Shown in pieces: positions 31,596 through 41,840 of a stretch of 64,000 nt of DNA. Each line of letters starts with the position of its first letter. Position 1 is the first letter of the stretch. The position numbers were made by a program, and so were the translations under genes. The DNA comes from Candidatus Poribacteria bacterium. GTDB taxonomy: Bacteria > Poribacteria > WGA-4E > WGA-3G. The notes under the pieces are model-generated. The model made no database searches and was not told the DNA's origin. It saw only the letters and a list, made by a program, of their open reading frames with translations. The stretch covers positions 32,001 to 96,000 of the forward strand of contig OZ219751.1 of assembly GCA_964291315.2 (NCBI GenBank), read 5' to 3'.

Positions 31596-32363
31596 TCATG
31601 GATAGGCTTCGATGATTTTGCCGATTCGGTTAAATCTAACATTCCCGACTAGTTTCCAGACTTCCCAGAATTTCGCCGGACGCGCATTAAATGACCAATA
31701 TACCATGAACGCTTGTCCCTTGATGTCGTTTACGTCTACCGGGCCCCAAGAGCGACTATCGCTACTTTGATCTCTATTATCGCCCATCGCGAAAACCATC
31801 CCCTTCGGAATAGTAAAAGGTTTACCTTTTGGAAACTTGCGGCTAAATTGGCTTGCCGTTAAAGCGTAATCCGAAAATGTTTCATCATCGGGCAGATATT
31901 CCGGTTGACGAAATGGCGGGAAGTCCCCTCTTTTAAAGTGGCTGAACGTCATGTGTTTCGTATAGTGGTTATCATCAACCGTTTCTCCGTTCACATAAAG
32001 CGTGTTGCCACGGGTTTCAACCGTATCACCTTCAACAGCTACGATGCGCTTGATAAAATTTCGTTCCCGATCATGTGGCGGGATGAAAACGAAAACATCA
32101 CCCCGGGTGGGCTTATGAAAATTAAATATCTTGATATCCGTACCCGGAATTTTAACACCGTAGATGAACTTGCAGACAAGAATCCGATCTCCAATCAGGA
32201 GCGTGTCTTCCATCGAACCTGATGGGATTTTAAAAGCTTCAACAACAAAAGGACGTATGAATCCAAAAACGAGAATCAGCGCAACAACGATAACTTGGGT
32301 ATATTCCCATATGACAGTCTTCCGAAATTTCTGCCATTTTGATAATTGGATATCCGGACTCAT
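31596..32363 (-). CDS. lepB: Signal peptidase I
   Basis: IPSGSMEDTL, FIKR and MGDNRDQSSDSRSWG motifs; follows lepA. Confidence 0.93.
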   Translation of the reverse strand: MSPDIQLSKWQKFRKTVIWEYTQVIVVALILVFGFIRPFVVEAFKIPSGSMEDTLLIGDRILVCKFIYGVKIPGTDIKIFNFHKPTRGDVFVFIPPHDRERNFIKRIVAVEGDTVETRGNTLYVNGETVDDNHYTKHMTFSHFKRGDFPPFRQPEYLPDDETFSDYALTASQFSRKFPKGKPFTIPKGMVFAMGDNRDQSSDSRSWGPVDVNDIKGQAFMVYWSFNARPAKFWEVWKLVGNVRFNRIGKIIEAYP

Positions 32364-32456
32364 TGGTGTTATGAAACCGCTGTTAATAAGCGGTAAACTC
32401 CTTTCTTTTTCTATTTACTTTATTTATCGTCTCACCTCAGTGAAAACAGATGCCGG

Positions 32457-32900
32457 TCAGATGAGTTTGCCGATTCTATTGAATCTGATACTGTTAATCC
32501 TCTTCCATATTTCCACGAACTTTATAGAACGATCCACAACCGACCACACAACCATAAAAACCTATCCTTCAATATCCTCTACGGCAGCAGGTCCGCACAC
32601 ACAACTATCACGATTCTACTCGCGATTGACACCCATCGCAAAGATCAATCTTTTGGAACAGCGAGCGGTTTGTGTTCTGGAAACTTACGTCTAAACCATC
32701 TTGCTGTCAAAGTATAGTCATCATAACTTTTACCCATCCGGATATATTCAGGATTCCGAAATGGTGGAAAAATCCGTTCTGACAGGAATTTTGATTTGTA
32801 AATAAACCTACAAACCAAAATCTGGACACCGACAAGAAATGTATCCTCCATTAAACCCAATGGAATAACAAAAAACCTCAACACACCCTTGATAAAACGG
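32457..32900 (-). pseudogene. Decayed tandem copy of lepB
   Basis: Fragments IPLGLMEDTFLVG, FPPFRNPEY, FAMGVNRE*NRDS and IRFNRIGKLI align with the intact lepB but carry stops, a frameshift and an internal deletion. Confidence 0.8.
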
Positions 32901-32947
32901 TATCTTCATTTTCCCAATGCTAAATCCCTAGTGGTTCTAGCCGGATA

Positions 32948-34753
32948 TTACTCTTCAGTAGCAAGTATTGCGGTGAATGCTTCTTGTGGAATATCAACAT
33001 TTCCAATTTGTTTGAGCCGTTTTTTGCCCTCTTTTTGTCTCTTCAACAATTTCTGCTTTCGAGTCACATCCCCACCATAGCACTTCGCAGTGACGTTTTT
33101 CCGGAGTGCCCGAACCGTTTCTCTGGCAACAATCTTGTTTCCAATTGCCGCTTGCACCGGAACTTCGAACATATGCCGTGGAATTAACTCCTTTAATTTG
33201 TTGACCAACGCTTTCCCACGCGTCTCTGCTGTATCCCGCGGTAGAATCGTGGAGAGGGCATCTATGGGCCTACCATTGAGTAAGATATCTAACTTCACTA
33301 GTTTTTCAGCTTTGTATGATCCAACATCGTATTCTAATGATCCATATCCCCGTGTTAGCGATTTCAGTTTAGGATAAAAGTCGATCAGCATCTCGCTGAG
33401 TGGAAGGTCATATAATAATTGGACACGCGTTACGTCCAATTGGTTCAATCGTTTGTATATACCCCGACGTTTCTGACAAAGTTCCATGGCATTTCCGATA
33501 TACTCGCGAGGCACGATAATTTCAATGTTCACATAAGGTTCCTCGATATGATCAATATCGTTTGGTTCAGGAAGATGTGCTGGATTGCCAACCAAGGCAT
33601 ACCCACCTGTCTTCAGGTGAACTCGATACATAACACTCGGTGCGGTCCGGACAAGCGAGAGTCCAAATTCTCGCTCAAGGCGTTCATGGATAATTTCCAT
33701 GTGGAGCAACCCTAAGAAACCGCACCGAAATCCAAAACCGAGAGCGATCGAGGTCTCGGGCTCAAAATTGAAAGAGGAATCGTTGAGACGTAGTTTATCG
33801 AGAGCCTCACGCAAGGCATGAAATTGATTCGTATCTGCCGGATACAATCCACTAAATACGAGCGGTTTCATCTCGCGATAACCCGGAAGCGGGCCCTCTG
33901 TCGGTTTTGCGCGGTGTGTAATGGTGTCCCCGATTTTTGCCTTATCAATCTCCCGGATGCCTGCAATCAAGTATCCCACTGCCCCAGTGTAGAGCTCGGT
34001 CGTTGGTTGCATTTCTGGTGTAAAGATACCGACCTCCTCAACTTCGTAAGATTGCTTTGTCTCCATCAGCTGAATTTTCTCTCCCGGTTTCACACTACCG
34101 TCAAAAATTCGCGTATACATGACAACACCGCGATAATTATCGTAGACGGAATCAAGCACAAGTGCTTTCAATGGAGCATCAAGGTCGCCTGCGGGAGCCG
34201 GAATTCGATCGACAATCGCTTCCAATATAGCAGGAATACCTATTCCCATCTTAGCACTAACAAGAAGTGCATCGGCAGCCGGAATACCGATAACTTCTTC
34301 TATCTGCCGTTTGGCTTCATCCGGTTGCGCTGTGGGGAGATCAATCTTATTAACAACTGGGATAATCTCAAGATCGTTATCAATCGCAAGGTAGGCGTTT
34401 GCAAGGGTTTGCGCCTCAACCCCTTGTGCAGCATCAATAATTAAAATCGCGCCTTCACACGCTGCAAGACTCCGAGAAACCTCGTATGTAAAATCGACGT
34501 GGCCAGGCGTATCAATCAAGTTGAGTTCGTAGCCGTTTCCATCCGCGGTAGGATAGTGGAGATTAACAGCGGTCGCCTTAATCGTGATACCGCGTTCGCG
34601 TTCCAAATCCATCAAATCAAGTACTTGGTCACGCATTTCACGATCAGCAAGTGCATTAGTATGCTCAAGGATCCTGTCACTGAGCGTACTTTTCCCGTGG
34701 TCAATATGACCTAAGATACAGAAATTTCGTATATTTTGAAGATTCGTTGGCAT
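32948..34753 (-). CDS. lepA: Elongation factor 4
   Basis: [28 protein letters not shown] and KCYGGD motifs. Confidence 0.97.
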   Translation of the reverse strand: MPTNLQNIRNFCILGHIDHGKSTLSDRILEHTNALADREMRDQVLDLMDLERERGITIKATAVNLHYPTADGNGYELNLIDTPGHVDFTYEVSRSLAACEGAILIIDAAQGVEAQTLANAYLAIDNDLEIIPVVNKIDLPTAQPDEAKRQIEEVIGIPAADALLVSAKMGIGIPAILEAIVDRIPAPAGDLDAPLKALVLDSVYDNYRGVVMYTRIFDGSVKPGEKIQLMETKQSYEVEEVGIFTPEMQPTTELYTGAVGYLIAGIREIDKAKIGDTITHRAKPTEGPLPGYREMKPLVFSGLYPADTNQFHALREALDKLRLNDSSFNFEPETSIALGFGFRCGFLGLLHMEIIHERLEREFGLSLVRTAPSVMYRVHLKTGGYALVGNPAHLPEPNDIDHIEEPYVNIEIIVPREYIGNAMELCQKRRGIYKRLNQLDVTRVQLLYDLPLSEMLIDFYPKLKSLTRGYGSLEYDVGSYKAEKLVKLDILLNGRPIDALSTILPRDTAETRGKALVNKLKELIPRHMFEVPVQAAIGNKIVARETVRALRKNVTAKCYGGDVTRKQKLLKRQKEGKKRLKQIGNVDIPQEAFTAILATEE

Positions 34754-34919
34754 AGTATAGACAGTATATCACAACTTTGGTCAGAGTGTCCACAGAATTT
34801 CACATATCTTGTTAATGTCCCTGTTTTCGTTTCGGCTCCGACTTCATTTTAAGCGGAATCGCGATCGTTAGATCGAGTCTGCATACAGCTGACAGATCTA
34901 CAGACTGCTATAGATGTTC

Positions 34920-35528
34920 CTACAACGGCTTGACTTTAATGTTGCGACACCATATCTTCCCGCCGTGATCTTGAATGCCAATATGCCCACTTCTGGGAAA
35001 ATCTTTAAGTGCGATGCCGAATTTATTCCTGCTACCGTCAGGGTTTTGGTGTGGGGTATCCCATTCGTCTAAATCTGCACGAACAATCTCTTCGCCATTG
35101 AGTGTCACAGCAATGATACTTCTGTCACATGTGATACTCATTTGATTCCACTCGCCCGCAGGTTTACAAGTGTTCCGAGTGGGTCCCAAGGCATCGTAGA
35201 GTGCACCACAATCGTGGCTATCAGTCGGTTCTTTGTCGTGCGTATCTAGAATTTGGATTTCAAGACCACTCTGAACTGCATCGTCAAGATCCGCCCATCG
35301 GACAAAAATTCCGCTGTTCACTTTCGGTTCAGTTTTGAACTCAAGCGATAACGTGAAGTTGTCATAATGTTGCTCGGTATAGAGATATTTTCCACCCTGA
35401 ACCGTGCAAAGAATGCTACCGTCGTCAATAATCCAACCTTCGGCACTCCCCGTGGTCCCCCAACCCTTGAGCGTTTTACCATCAAATATGGATATCCAAC
35501 CCTCATTTTTCTCTTTTTCTTTCAGCAT
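34920..35528 (-). CDS. DUF1080 (3-keto-disaccharide hydrolase) family protein
   Basis: FDGKTLKGW, NSGIF, EIQI, GEWN and GHIGIQDHG motifs. Confidence 0.85.
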   Translation of the reverse strand: MLKEKEKNEGWISIFDGKTLKGWGTTGSAEGWIIDDGSILCTVQGGKYLYTEQHYDNFTLSLEFKTEPKVNSGIFVRWADLDDAVQSGLEIQILDTHDKEPTDSHDCGALYDALGPTRNTCKPAGEWNQMSITCDRSIIAVTLNGEEIVRADLDEWDTPHQNPDGSRNKFGIALKDFPRSGHIGIQDHGGKIWCRNIKVKPL

Positions 35529-35595
35529 TTTGCCTCCTTGTTTTTCTTAATGTATTTGCATAGGTGCGATTCTCAAGTGGACATGCATTAGACAC

Positions 35596-36705
35596 CTAAG
35601 ACAAGCTCTCTAAAAATAGTCTTCCAACATCAAGGTTGTATTCAAAATCTGTTGGTGACCACGGGCTGTTGTAACCAATGATCGGCACATAACTTTCGTG
35701 GCGCGAACCGTGTGAACGCACAGCAGTCGCTTCTGCTGCCACTTCTAACTCGCCAAAGACGGTAGCTTCATCTGCTAATACAAAAATGTCACCGATCCGT
35801 TCAGGGTGGAGTCGAAATGTGCATGCAGCATCTTCCGCACGATATGCTTCTTCCACACCCGCTGTATTCAAGAGCGTCTGAATCGCTTTGTCAGTGTCAA
35901 CGGGGTTTTCGAGAAATACGTATGCAGCACCACCCAAATTGCCGTGGTGTGCGACGTAACGGTCCTTGATAATCGGAATAGCAGTTGCCGGAATACCGTG
36001 CTCTGTCAGCACGCGTCCAGGATCAACAGCAGATGTTTTCTCCAACATCCCGTGGTCTGCTGTAATATAAATCTCACGCTCCGGCTCGTCATCAATAATA
36101 TCCCCGATAATCCTATCTAATTCTGAGAGGTGCTGCTTAGACAAAGCGGTATCGGGCGCGTATTTGTGTTGAACCCAGTCTGTTGTTGAGCAATAGACAA
36201 GTTCTGGATCTATTGTCCGTAGGGTCGCTCGTACAGCGCGAAGTAACCACCAGTTGATATCAGCTGAGTAGATCGGTTCAGTAGGTCCAACGGTCTGGAT
36301 ATATTCAGCAGGTGGATCTTCAGCGGCAACTGAGATGTCAGTGCCAGCTTCCAACATCCGTAGCAATTTTTTCTTTGCTACAAACAGGGCGGTTGTATCA
36401 GCAAACTTACAGGCTTTTGCTACTTCAAAAATCGTTGGTGTAAGTAAGAAACGGTTATCCTCAATGAATTCGCCTTCGCCAGTTGCTCTATCTACATGAT
36501 AATTGGTTGTGATCCCGTGCGTCTCGGCAAACGTCCCCGTCGCCATGCTTATGTTATTCACATTCGTAACGGATGGAATGACAGCGTTAGCGTGCTGGTA
36601 AAAACCAGTTTCTGCCAATTTTCGGATGTTCGGGATGTCACTTGCAGCGAGGTAGTCGTGGCTTCCGGCATCAATACAAAGAATAAAAACTTTGCGTCTT
36701 TTCAA
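35596..36705 (-). CDS. phnA: Phosphonoacetate hydrolase-like alkaline phosphatase family protein
   Basis: PSVTNVNN, TTDWVQHK, TADHGM, RIGD and RSHG motifs match PhnA. Confidence 0.7.
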   Translation of the reverse strand: MKRRKVFILCIDAGSHDYLAASDIPNIRKLAETGFYQHANAVIPSVTNVNNISMATGTFAETHGITTNYHVDRATGEGEFIEDNRFLLTPTIFEVAKACKFADTTALFVAKKKLLRMLEAGTDISVAAEDPPAEYIQTVGPTEPIYSADINWWLLRAVRATLRTIDPELVYCSTTDWVQHKYAPDTALSKQHLSELDRIIGDIIDDEPEREIYITADHGMLEKTSAVDPGRVLTEHGIPATAIPIIKDRYVAHHGNLGGAAYVFLENPVDTDKAIQTLLNTAGVEEAYRAEDAACTFRLHPERIGDIFVLADEATVFGELEVAAEATAVRSHGSRHESYVPIIGYNSPWSPTDFEYNLDVGRLFLESLS

Positions 36706-36959
36706 ACTCCGTGTGTTGCTCCTCTATCATGTGTTTTGCTACCTTAAATTTGTCTGTGAAGAACATTGTAACAGTACTCTCCTCAATTTGCAAGGTTTTT
36801 CTTACACTTTGGAATTTTAGATTGTCATTCCAATGGATATCTGCTATAATTACCTTAGAATCGGCAATGTAACAAGATCTGATTGTGTGGAGGAGCAATG
36901 GATATTCTGAATTAGCCCCGTTAATGTTCAGGAATTCCAGAGTTGAGGAAAAGTCAAGC

Positions 36960-37425
36960 GACTTTTGATTTCTAAAAACAAAGCCTATCTTCATAGGAAA
37001 ATCCGTTGCTAAGACGTGCCGCAGGATTTGCTGCCCGTTTAGTTTTAGTAGGTGGTTCGGAGGTAATTCCAGAGCTCAAAGAGTCACTCAAAAATGGTGA
37101 CCATGGAACACACTTTAATGAAGCAGTAGGGTTTTTACTTAGGGTAACTGAAAAGCCTGGCTCTTTGCTGAAGACTATAAACAACACCTAATCGCTTATT
37201 TCATTCTTAAAGAATGATGGCGTAAAACGATTCGTAATTGCAAGCAAACTGTTTCCCTTAATTCCTATCACTTCGAAGCATTTGCTCGGATCGGACACAT
37301 TTATGTCAGACTCAGTAAAATTGAAGAAACAGTTGAGGTATATAAGCTAGCATTGGTTATTAACTCAAACCTTATCTCTCTTGCTGAAGCAGTCTTGTGG
37401 CAAAACAGCCAGACAGAAAGTAAAT
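36960..37425 (+). pseudogene. Decayed HEAT-repeat + TPR protein
   Basis: Fragments ENPLLRRAA...LVGGSEVIPELKESLK and IAYFILKE*W..TIRNCKQTVSLNSYHFEAFARIGHIYVRL...YKLALVINSNL with stops and frameshifts. Confidence 0.55.
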
Positions 37426-37435
37426 AAAACCTGTT

Positions 37436-38236
37436 ATGTATACGGTCATATGGAATCGAAATCGCTTCCTAAAAACACTGTTCGCTTGCAGTGCGACAGC
37501 AAGTTTTCTGCTCTGGTTAATCTACCTACTATTGGCGCAAGCGAATTTCGGTTTACCCGTGGAATGTTTCTTCGCTGCACAAATATGTGTTGTGCTTCTG
37601 ACCGCTCCGTATCTCGCCGCATACACTTGCCATACTAGCTTTCTCAAGGCATGTTCTGCCGAGCTATCTGCAGGTACTAATGCCTCGCTGCTCAGCCTCA
37701 GCCCAATCTCTTTTGGATGGCAACTGTTACGGATGCTTTTGGTGAGTCAGGTTCCGTTATTATACTGGATACTTTTATCAGCTGCCGGCGCTTTCTTCAT
37801 CATGGATGCTTCGTTTGCCAAGGTATTGCAGATGTCCTTTATATTAGCGGTTTATAGTGTATCGGCGGCGGCTGTTGGGGTATGGGCAGCACAGGTTTTT
37901 CAAGCCCCAATCTTCGGTGCAGAATGTGCTACTCTTTTATGGTGTGTTTTAATCGGGGGAGCTTTTTTGCTCAATCCTTTAGGGCGTTACGTGGATAATC
38001 TTCAGCCCTTCCTTTTGCCAGTTTTGCACTTAAACCCAATTATTGCTGTATGCTGTATTTTTGAAGGGTTGGACATCTTTAGAAACCCCTTGATCTATGA
38101 ACTAACCCCGGTTCCCTCATACATCTTCATGTATCCGAAACCGTGGTATCTTGTCGGGGTATGGCAACTCGTGATAGGCAGTTGCTGTTTTTTGGGCGCG
38201 TGGCGGATATGCGTATCCCGTGGAAACCCTGACTAG
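37436..38236 (+). CDS. Hypothetical integral membrane protein (ABC-2 permease-like topology)
   Basis: About 6 hydrophobic segments and an LNP motif before the last TM. Confidence 0.65.
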   Translation: MYTVIWNRNRFLKTLFACSATASFLLWLIYLLLAQANFGLPVECFFAAQICVVLLTAPYLAAYTCHTSFLKACSAELSAGTNASLLSLSPISFGWQLLRMLLVSQVPLLYWILLSAAGAFFIMDASFAKVLQMSFILAVYSVSAAAVGVWAAQVFQAPIFGAECATLLWCVLIGGAFLLNPLGRYVDNLQPFLLPVLHLNPIIAVCCIFEGLDIFRNPLIYELTPVPSYIFMYPKPWYLVGVWQLVIGSCCFLGAWRICVSRGNPD

Positions 38237-38254
38237 GAATTCAGAGAGGACTAT

Positions 38255-39655
38255 ATGGCTAAAGCAGAAAAACCTATTATTAGTGTTTCAGGCGTTCGTG
38301 GGGAGATCGGTGTTTCACTTGATGTCCGCGTCATCACACGGTTCGCGATGGCTTTCGGAACCTTTGTCCGTGGGAGGACAGTAGTTGTCGGACGAGACTC
38401 CCGAACTTCCAGCCCAACGGTCCGACACGCTGTGCTAGCAGGACTTTTTGCCACCGGATGCCATATTATCGATGTAGGAATTTGCCCAACGCCGACTGTC
38501 CTCTTAATCGCGAAAGTACTCCATGCACAGGGCAGCATTACTATTACAGCCAGCCACAACCCGATCGCTTGGAACGGCATCGAATTCGCCTCTGCATCAG
38601 GAAATCTTCTTACCCCTGCCCAACGGGATAAATTGATGCAGATTTATGAAACGGAGAATTTCAGACTTGCTTCTTGGAATGAGCAAGGAACGCTTGAGCT
38701 CTACGAAGGTGCAGTAGCCTGCCATGTAGAGCGAATTCTACATTCCGCGTGGATTTCACCAAACTTAATTCGAAAAGCCGCACTGAAAGTTGTATTAGAT
38801 TGTGGGAATGGGGCTGGCAGTGTCATAAGTCCAGCACTGTTGCGAAAACTTGGTTGTCAAGTTGTTCCGCTTAACTGTGTTTTAGATGGACACTTTCGCC
38901 GTTCTGCTGAACCTACGCCTGATGCATTAGGTGAGCTCTGCGAGACTGTTCGTGCGTCTCAGGCAGATATCGGCTTTGCCCATGACGGTGATGCTGACAG
39001 GCTCGTTATCGTTACAGAGCGCGGGGTTGCCTTAAGCGGCGAATGGACACTCGCCTTCGCTGTCGATTTCATCCTCGGTAAGACTAAAGGCGATGTGGTT
39101 GTTACAGTATCTACGAGCCGAATGTTAAACGATATTACAGCAAGGCACGGTGTCGCACTCCATCGCACAAAAGTCGGAGTAGGGTGGGTCGTTGAGAAAA
39201 TGCATGAAACTAAAGCAGTTATTGGTGGAGAAGGCACCGGCGGCGTTATTTATCCTGACATTCTCTACACAACAGACGGTATTAACTCTATTGCTGCGAT
39301 CGTACAATACCTTGCCGAGTCTGAAGGTACAGTCACGCAGCTTGTCGAAAACATGCCGCAATATCAGATGTGTCGAAAGAAATTGGAAATCCCGTCACAA
39401 GAACTAGCAGCACGCCTCCTTGAGCTCACTTTAAATGTTTATAAAGAGCAGACTGCTACACAGAATGGCCCGCTTCTTGAATTCACAGATGGGGTCAAGC
39501 GTATCTGGGATAATCGGTGGGTGAATATCCGTCTGTCAGGCACAGAACCTGTGATTCGAATCTTCAGCGAGGCACCGACTTTAGCAGAGGCGGAACGATT
39601 GTGCGACGAAACGCTCGAAACCCTGGGCGTCTTACTGAAACAGATTTCATATTAA
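38255..39655 (+). CDS. glmM: Phosphoglucosamine mutase / phosphohexomutase
   Basis: SVSGVRG, TASHNP, DGDADR, GGEGTG and RLSGTEP motifs. Confidence 0.75.
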   Translation: MAKAEKPIISVSGVRGEIGVSLDVRVITRFAMAFGTFVRGRTVVVGRDSRTSSPTVRHAVLAGLFATGCHIIDVGICPTPTVLLIAKVLHAQGSITITASHNPIAWNGIEFASASGNLLTPAQRDKLMQIYETENFRLASWNEQGTLELYEGAVACHVERILHSAWISPNLIRKAALKVVLDCGNGAGSVISPALLRKLGCQVVPLNCVLDGHFRRSAEPTPDALGELCETVRASQADIGFAHDGDADRLVIVTERGVALSGEWTLAFAVDFILGKTKGDVVVTVSTSRMLNDITARHGVALHRTKVGVGWVVEKMHETKAVIGGEGTGGVIYPDILYTTDGINSIAAIVQYLAESEGTVTQLVENMPQYQMCRKKLEIPSQELAARLLELTLNVYKEQTATQNGPLLEFTDGVKRIWDNRWVNIRLSGTEPVIRIFSEAPTLAEAERLCDETLETLGVLLKQISY

Positions 39656-39778
39656 CTACGTTATCTACTGTACTGCACTCTAAAGCCTTGCAAAGGCGAA
39701 ATGCATATATACCGCGGAAACCCCGAAGCTTCTACCCAGTTTATATAAGTAAGTTCCGCGATTCCAGTTGGAGAAATT

Positions 39779-41023
39779 ATGGCTTTGAAACTTGCCTGCA
39801 TCGGAGGCGGCAGCGGTTTATCCGCCTTACTTAGTGGAATTAAGCACTATGCCGATCTGGAAAAAGGCAGAGATAATATTATTGATTTGGATAGTTTGGC
39901 AGCAATCGTTACCGTCTCCGATGATGGTGGAAGCTCAGGACGCCTTGTTGAAGAATTTGACATGCTGCCTCCTGGTGACATTCGCAGACTCCTCTTTACC
40001 TTATCCGATGCCGATGAGCTCGCGGGGCTTTTTGAATATCGCTTTTCAAGCAACGGTGAACTCGGTGGACATACCGTCGGGAATCTCTTGTTAACCGCGC
40101 TAACAGAGAAATTTGAAGGCAACTTTCCCAAGGCAATTCAAGCAGCATCAAGGCTCCTCTCGGTTCGAGGACAGATTATTCCTGTCACATTGGACTATAC
40201 CGTTTTGTGTGCAGAACTCGCGGATGGAGAAATCGTCCGAGGCGAGTCCACCATACCGGTCCGGGAAAATCGGGAGCCAATCAAGCGAGTCTTTTTTGAA
40301 CCGCGTGAGAATGGAAAGACAGATCACTCTCACGATGAGACCTATAAGTGCCAAGCCCACGAAGGAGCTATAGAAGCACTCATTAACGCTGACGTGATTA
40401 TCATTGGACCCGGTAGTCTTTACACTAGTATCATGCCGAATCTAGTTATCGACGGCATCGTCGAAACAATTCAACGTTCAGACGCTGTTAAAATCTATGT
40501 CTGTAACGTTATGACACAACCCGGGGAAACTGATGGATACTCCGTTACTGACCACGTCAACGCTATTTGGGACCACGCAAAAATTCCAATAGACTACGTC
40601 GTGGTTAACAACCAACCCGCCCCAACTGAGGTCATGCAAGAATATGTCCGAAAAGAATTGGTATCCCAGCTGACTCGAATTCGGTCGATCGCCGAGGAAG
40701 GACTGACGATGCTTTATGAAGATACACAACATCTTATGGACGTTCTAAACTTGGCGAAAGATATTTCATCGCTGTCAGTTGAAACAATGCAGGTTGCTGA
40801 TGCTTCAAAAGTACAGGTTTCTTATAACCCTGAACAAGAAAATCTTGAGGCTGAAGGGATCTTTGTTGTTGAAGCGGATCTGATCCGAGATATGGTCGTC
40901 ACTGAATTCGGGACATGGCTCGGGGGTGTACAAATGAACGTCATTCGCCACGATCCGGAAAAATTGGCACGATCCCTTGTAAAAATCTTTGGAAGTCATC
41001 CTAAACTTCAAGAAGCTTTCTAA
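39779..41023 (+). CDS. yvcK: YvcK/GlmR (UPF0052) gluconeogenesis/cell-wall factor
   Basis: GGGSG, DDGGSSG, PPGDIR, GHTVGN, GPGSLYTS, TQPGET and RHD motifs. Confidence 0.88.
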   Translation: MALKLACIGGGSGLSALLSGIKHYADLEKGRDNIIDLDSLAAIVTVSDDGGSSGRLVEEFDMLPPGDIRRLLFTLSDADELAGLFEYRFSSNGELGGHTVGNLLLTALTEKFEGNFPKAIQAASRLLSVRGQIIPVTLDYTVLCAELADGEIVRGESTIPVRENREPIKRVFFEPRENGKTDHSHDETYKCQAHEGAIEALINADVIIIGPGSLYTSIMPNLVIDGIVETIQRSDAVKIYVCNVMTQPGETDGYSVTDHVNAIWDHAKIPIDYVVVNNQPAPTEVMQEYVRKELVSQLTRIRSIAEEGLTMLYEDTQHLMDVLNLAKDISSLSVETMQVADASKVQVSYNPEQENLEAEGIFVVEADLIRDMVVTEFGTWLGGVQMNVIRHDPEKLARSLVKIFGSHPKLQEAF

Positions 41024-41056
41024 GGAAATGCGTCCACTTACAATTTAATGTTGGGA

Positions 41057-41245
41057 TTACTTAGAAAGGTTCACATCATCGGCAGCAATTTGGTGGGCAA
41101 ATGTATCACAAATTTGGGACAAATTATCGATGAAACGTTCCCAGCGAAACTCATCTTGACGCGCTTTTGCTATTGCAAGACATAGAGCAGTTTCATATAA
41201 GCATAGACGATTCTTATTTTTCTTCCGCATATTGGCAGATTTCAT
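41057..41245 (-). CDS. Small hypothetical protein (62 aa)
   Basis: GAAAGGGG RBS upstream of the ATG; isolated in an AT-rich intergenic region. Confidence 0.4.
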   Translation of the reverse strand: MKSANMRKKNKNRLCLYETALCLAIAKARQDEFRWERFIDNLSQICDTFAHQIAADDVNLSK

Positions 41246-41722
41246 AACTTCGCCCCTTTCTAAAAGATTAAAATAAATTGTCTAAGAACTTCAAAGTAGA
41301 AATTCCAACATAACATTTAAACGATGTTCTACGGAAAAGGTTACATCTCTTGAAAAACAAACCATTTTTAATCTTGTAACTATTGGAACCTCGTATCTTT
41401 AGGAACCTTATCCTGAGTTTTTACTTTCACCAGAAATCTGCCGTATGCTGAACATCTATAAATAGATACCGTAGGGACGAAATCTCTTATAGATAATGAA
41501 CATCTGTGCCTGTTTTCAAGCGCTATATCCATATTTTTCGACACTGTGCAAAAAAGCAATTCCTCAAGTTCAGTAGTTCCAAGTTAAAACCCCTTGTTTT
41601 TGAGAAACATAAGTTTGCGACAGGAAACTCGCTGTATTGTTAGATACAATCTTAAGGCAAAAAGATTGCAAAATTTTTCGAAAAAAATGGGATCCTATGT
41701 CTAAGACCGAAAACTGAAAATC

Positions 41723-41751
41723 TTGACTTTGTGGTGCTTTGAAGTTATAAT
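41723..41751 (+). promoter_or_regulatory. sigma70 promoter for glnS-gltX
   Basis: TTGACT-17 nt-TATAAT. Confidence 0.65.
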
Positions 41752-41840
41752 TACTCACAAAATGTTCTAACATCTATAAACATGCCCCTTCATCGGAGCG
41801 GAGGTTTCTGTAATACACCTAACACAGAACATATTAAGAT

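Noticed and set aside
33818-34444. 208-aa plus-strand ORF (and similar antisense ORFs elsewhere in the track)
   Set aside because: Shadow ORF antisense to lepA with no protein-like features
36671-37187. Minus-strand 107-aa and 71-aa ORFs
   Set aside because: No recognisable motifs; the region is better explained by the phnA upstream region and the plus-strand HEAT/TPR pseudogene
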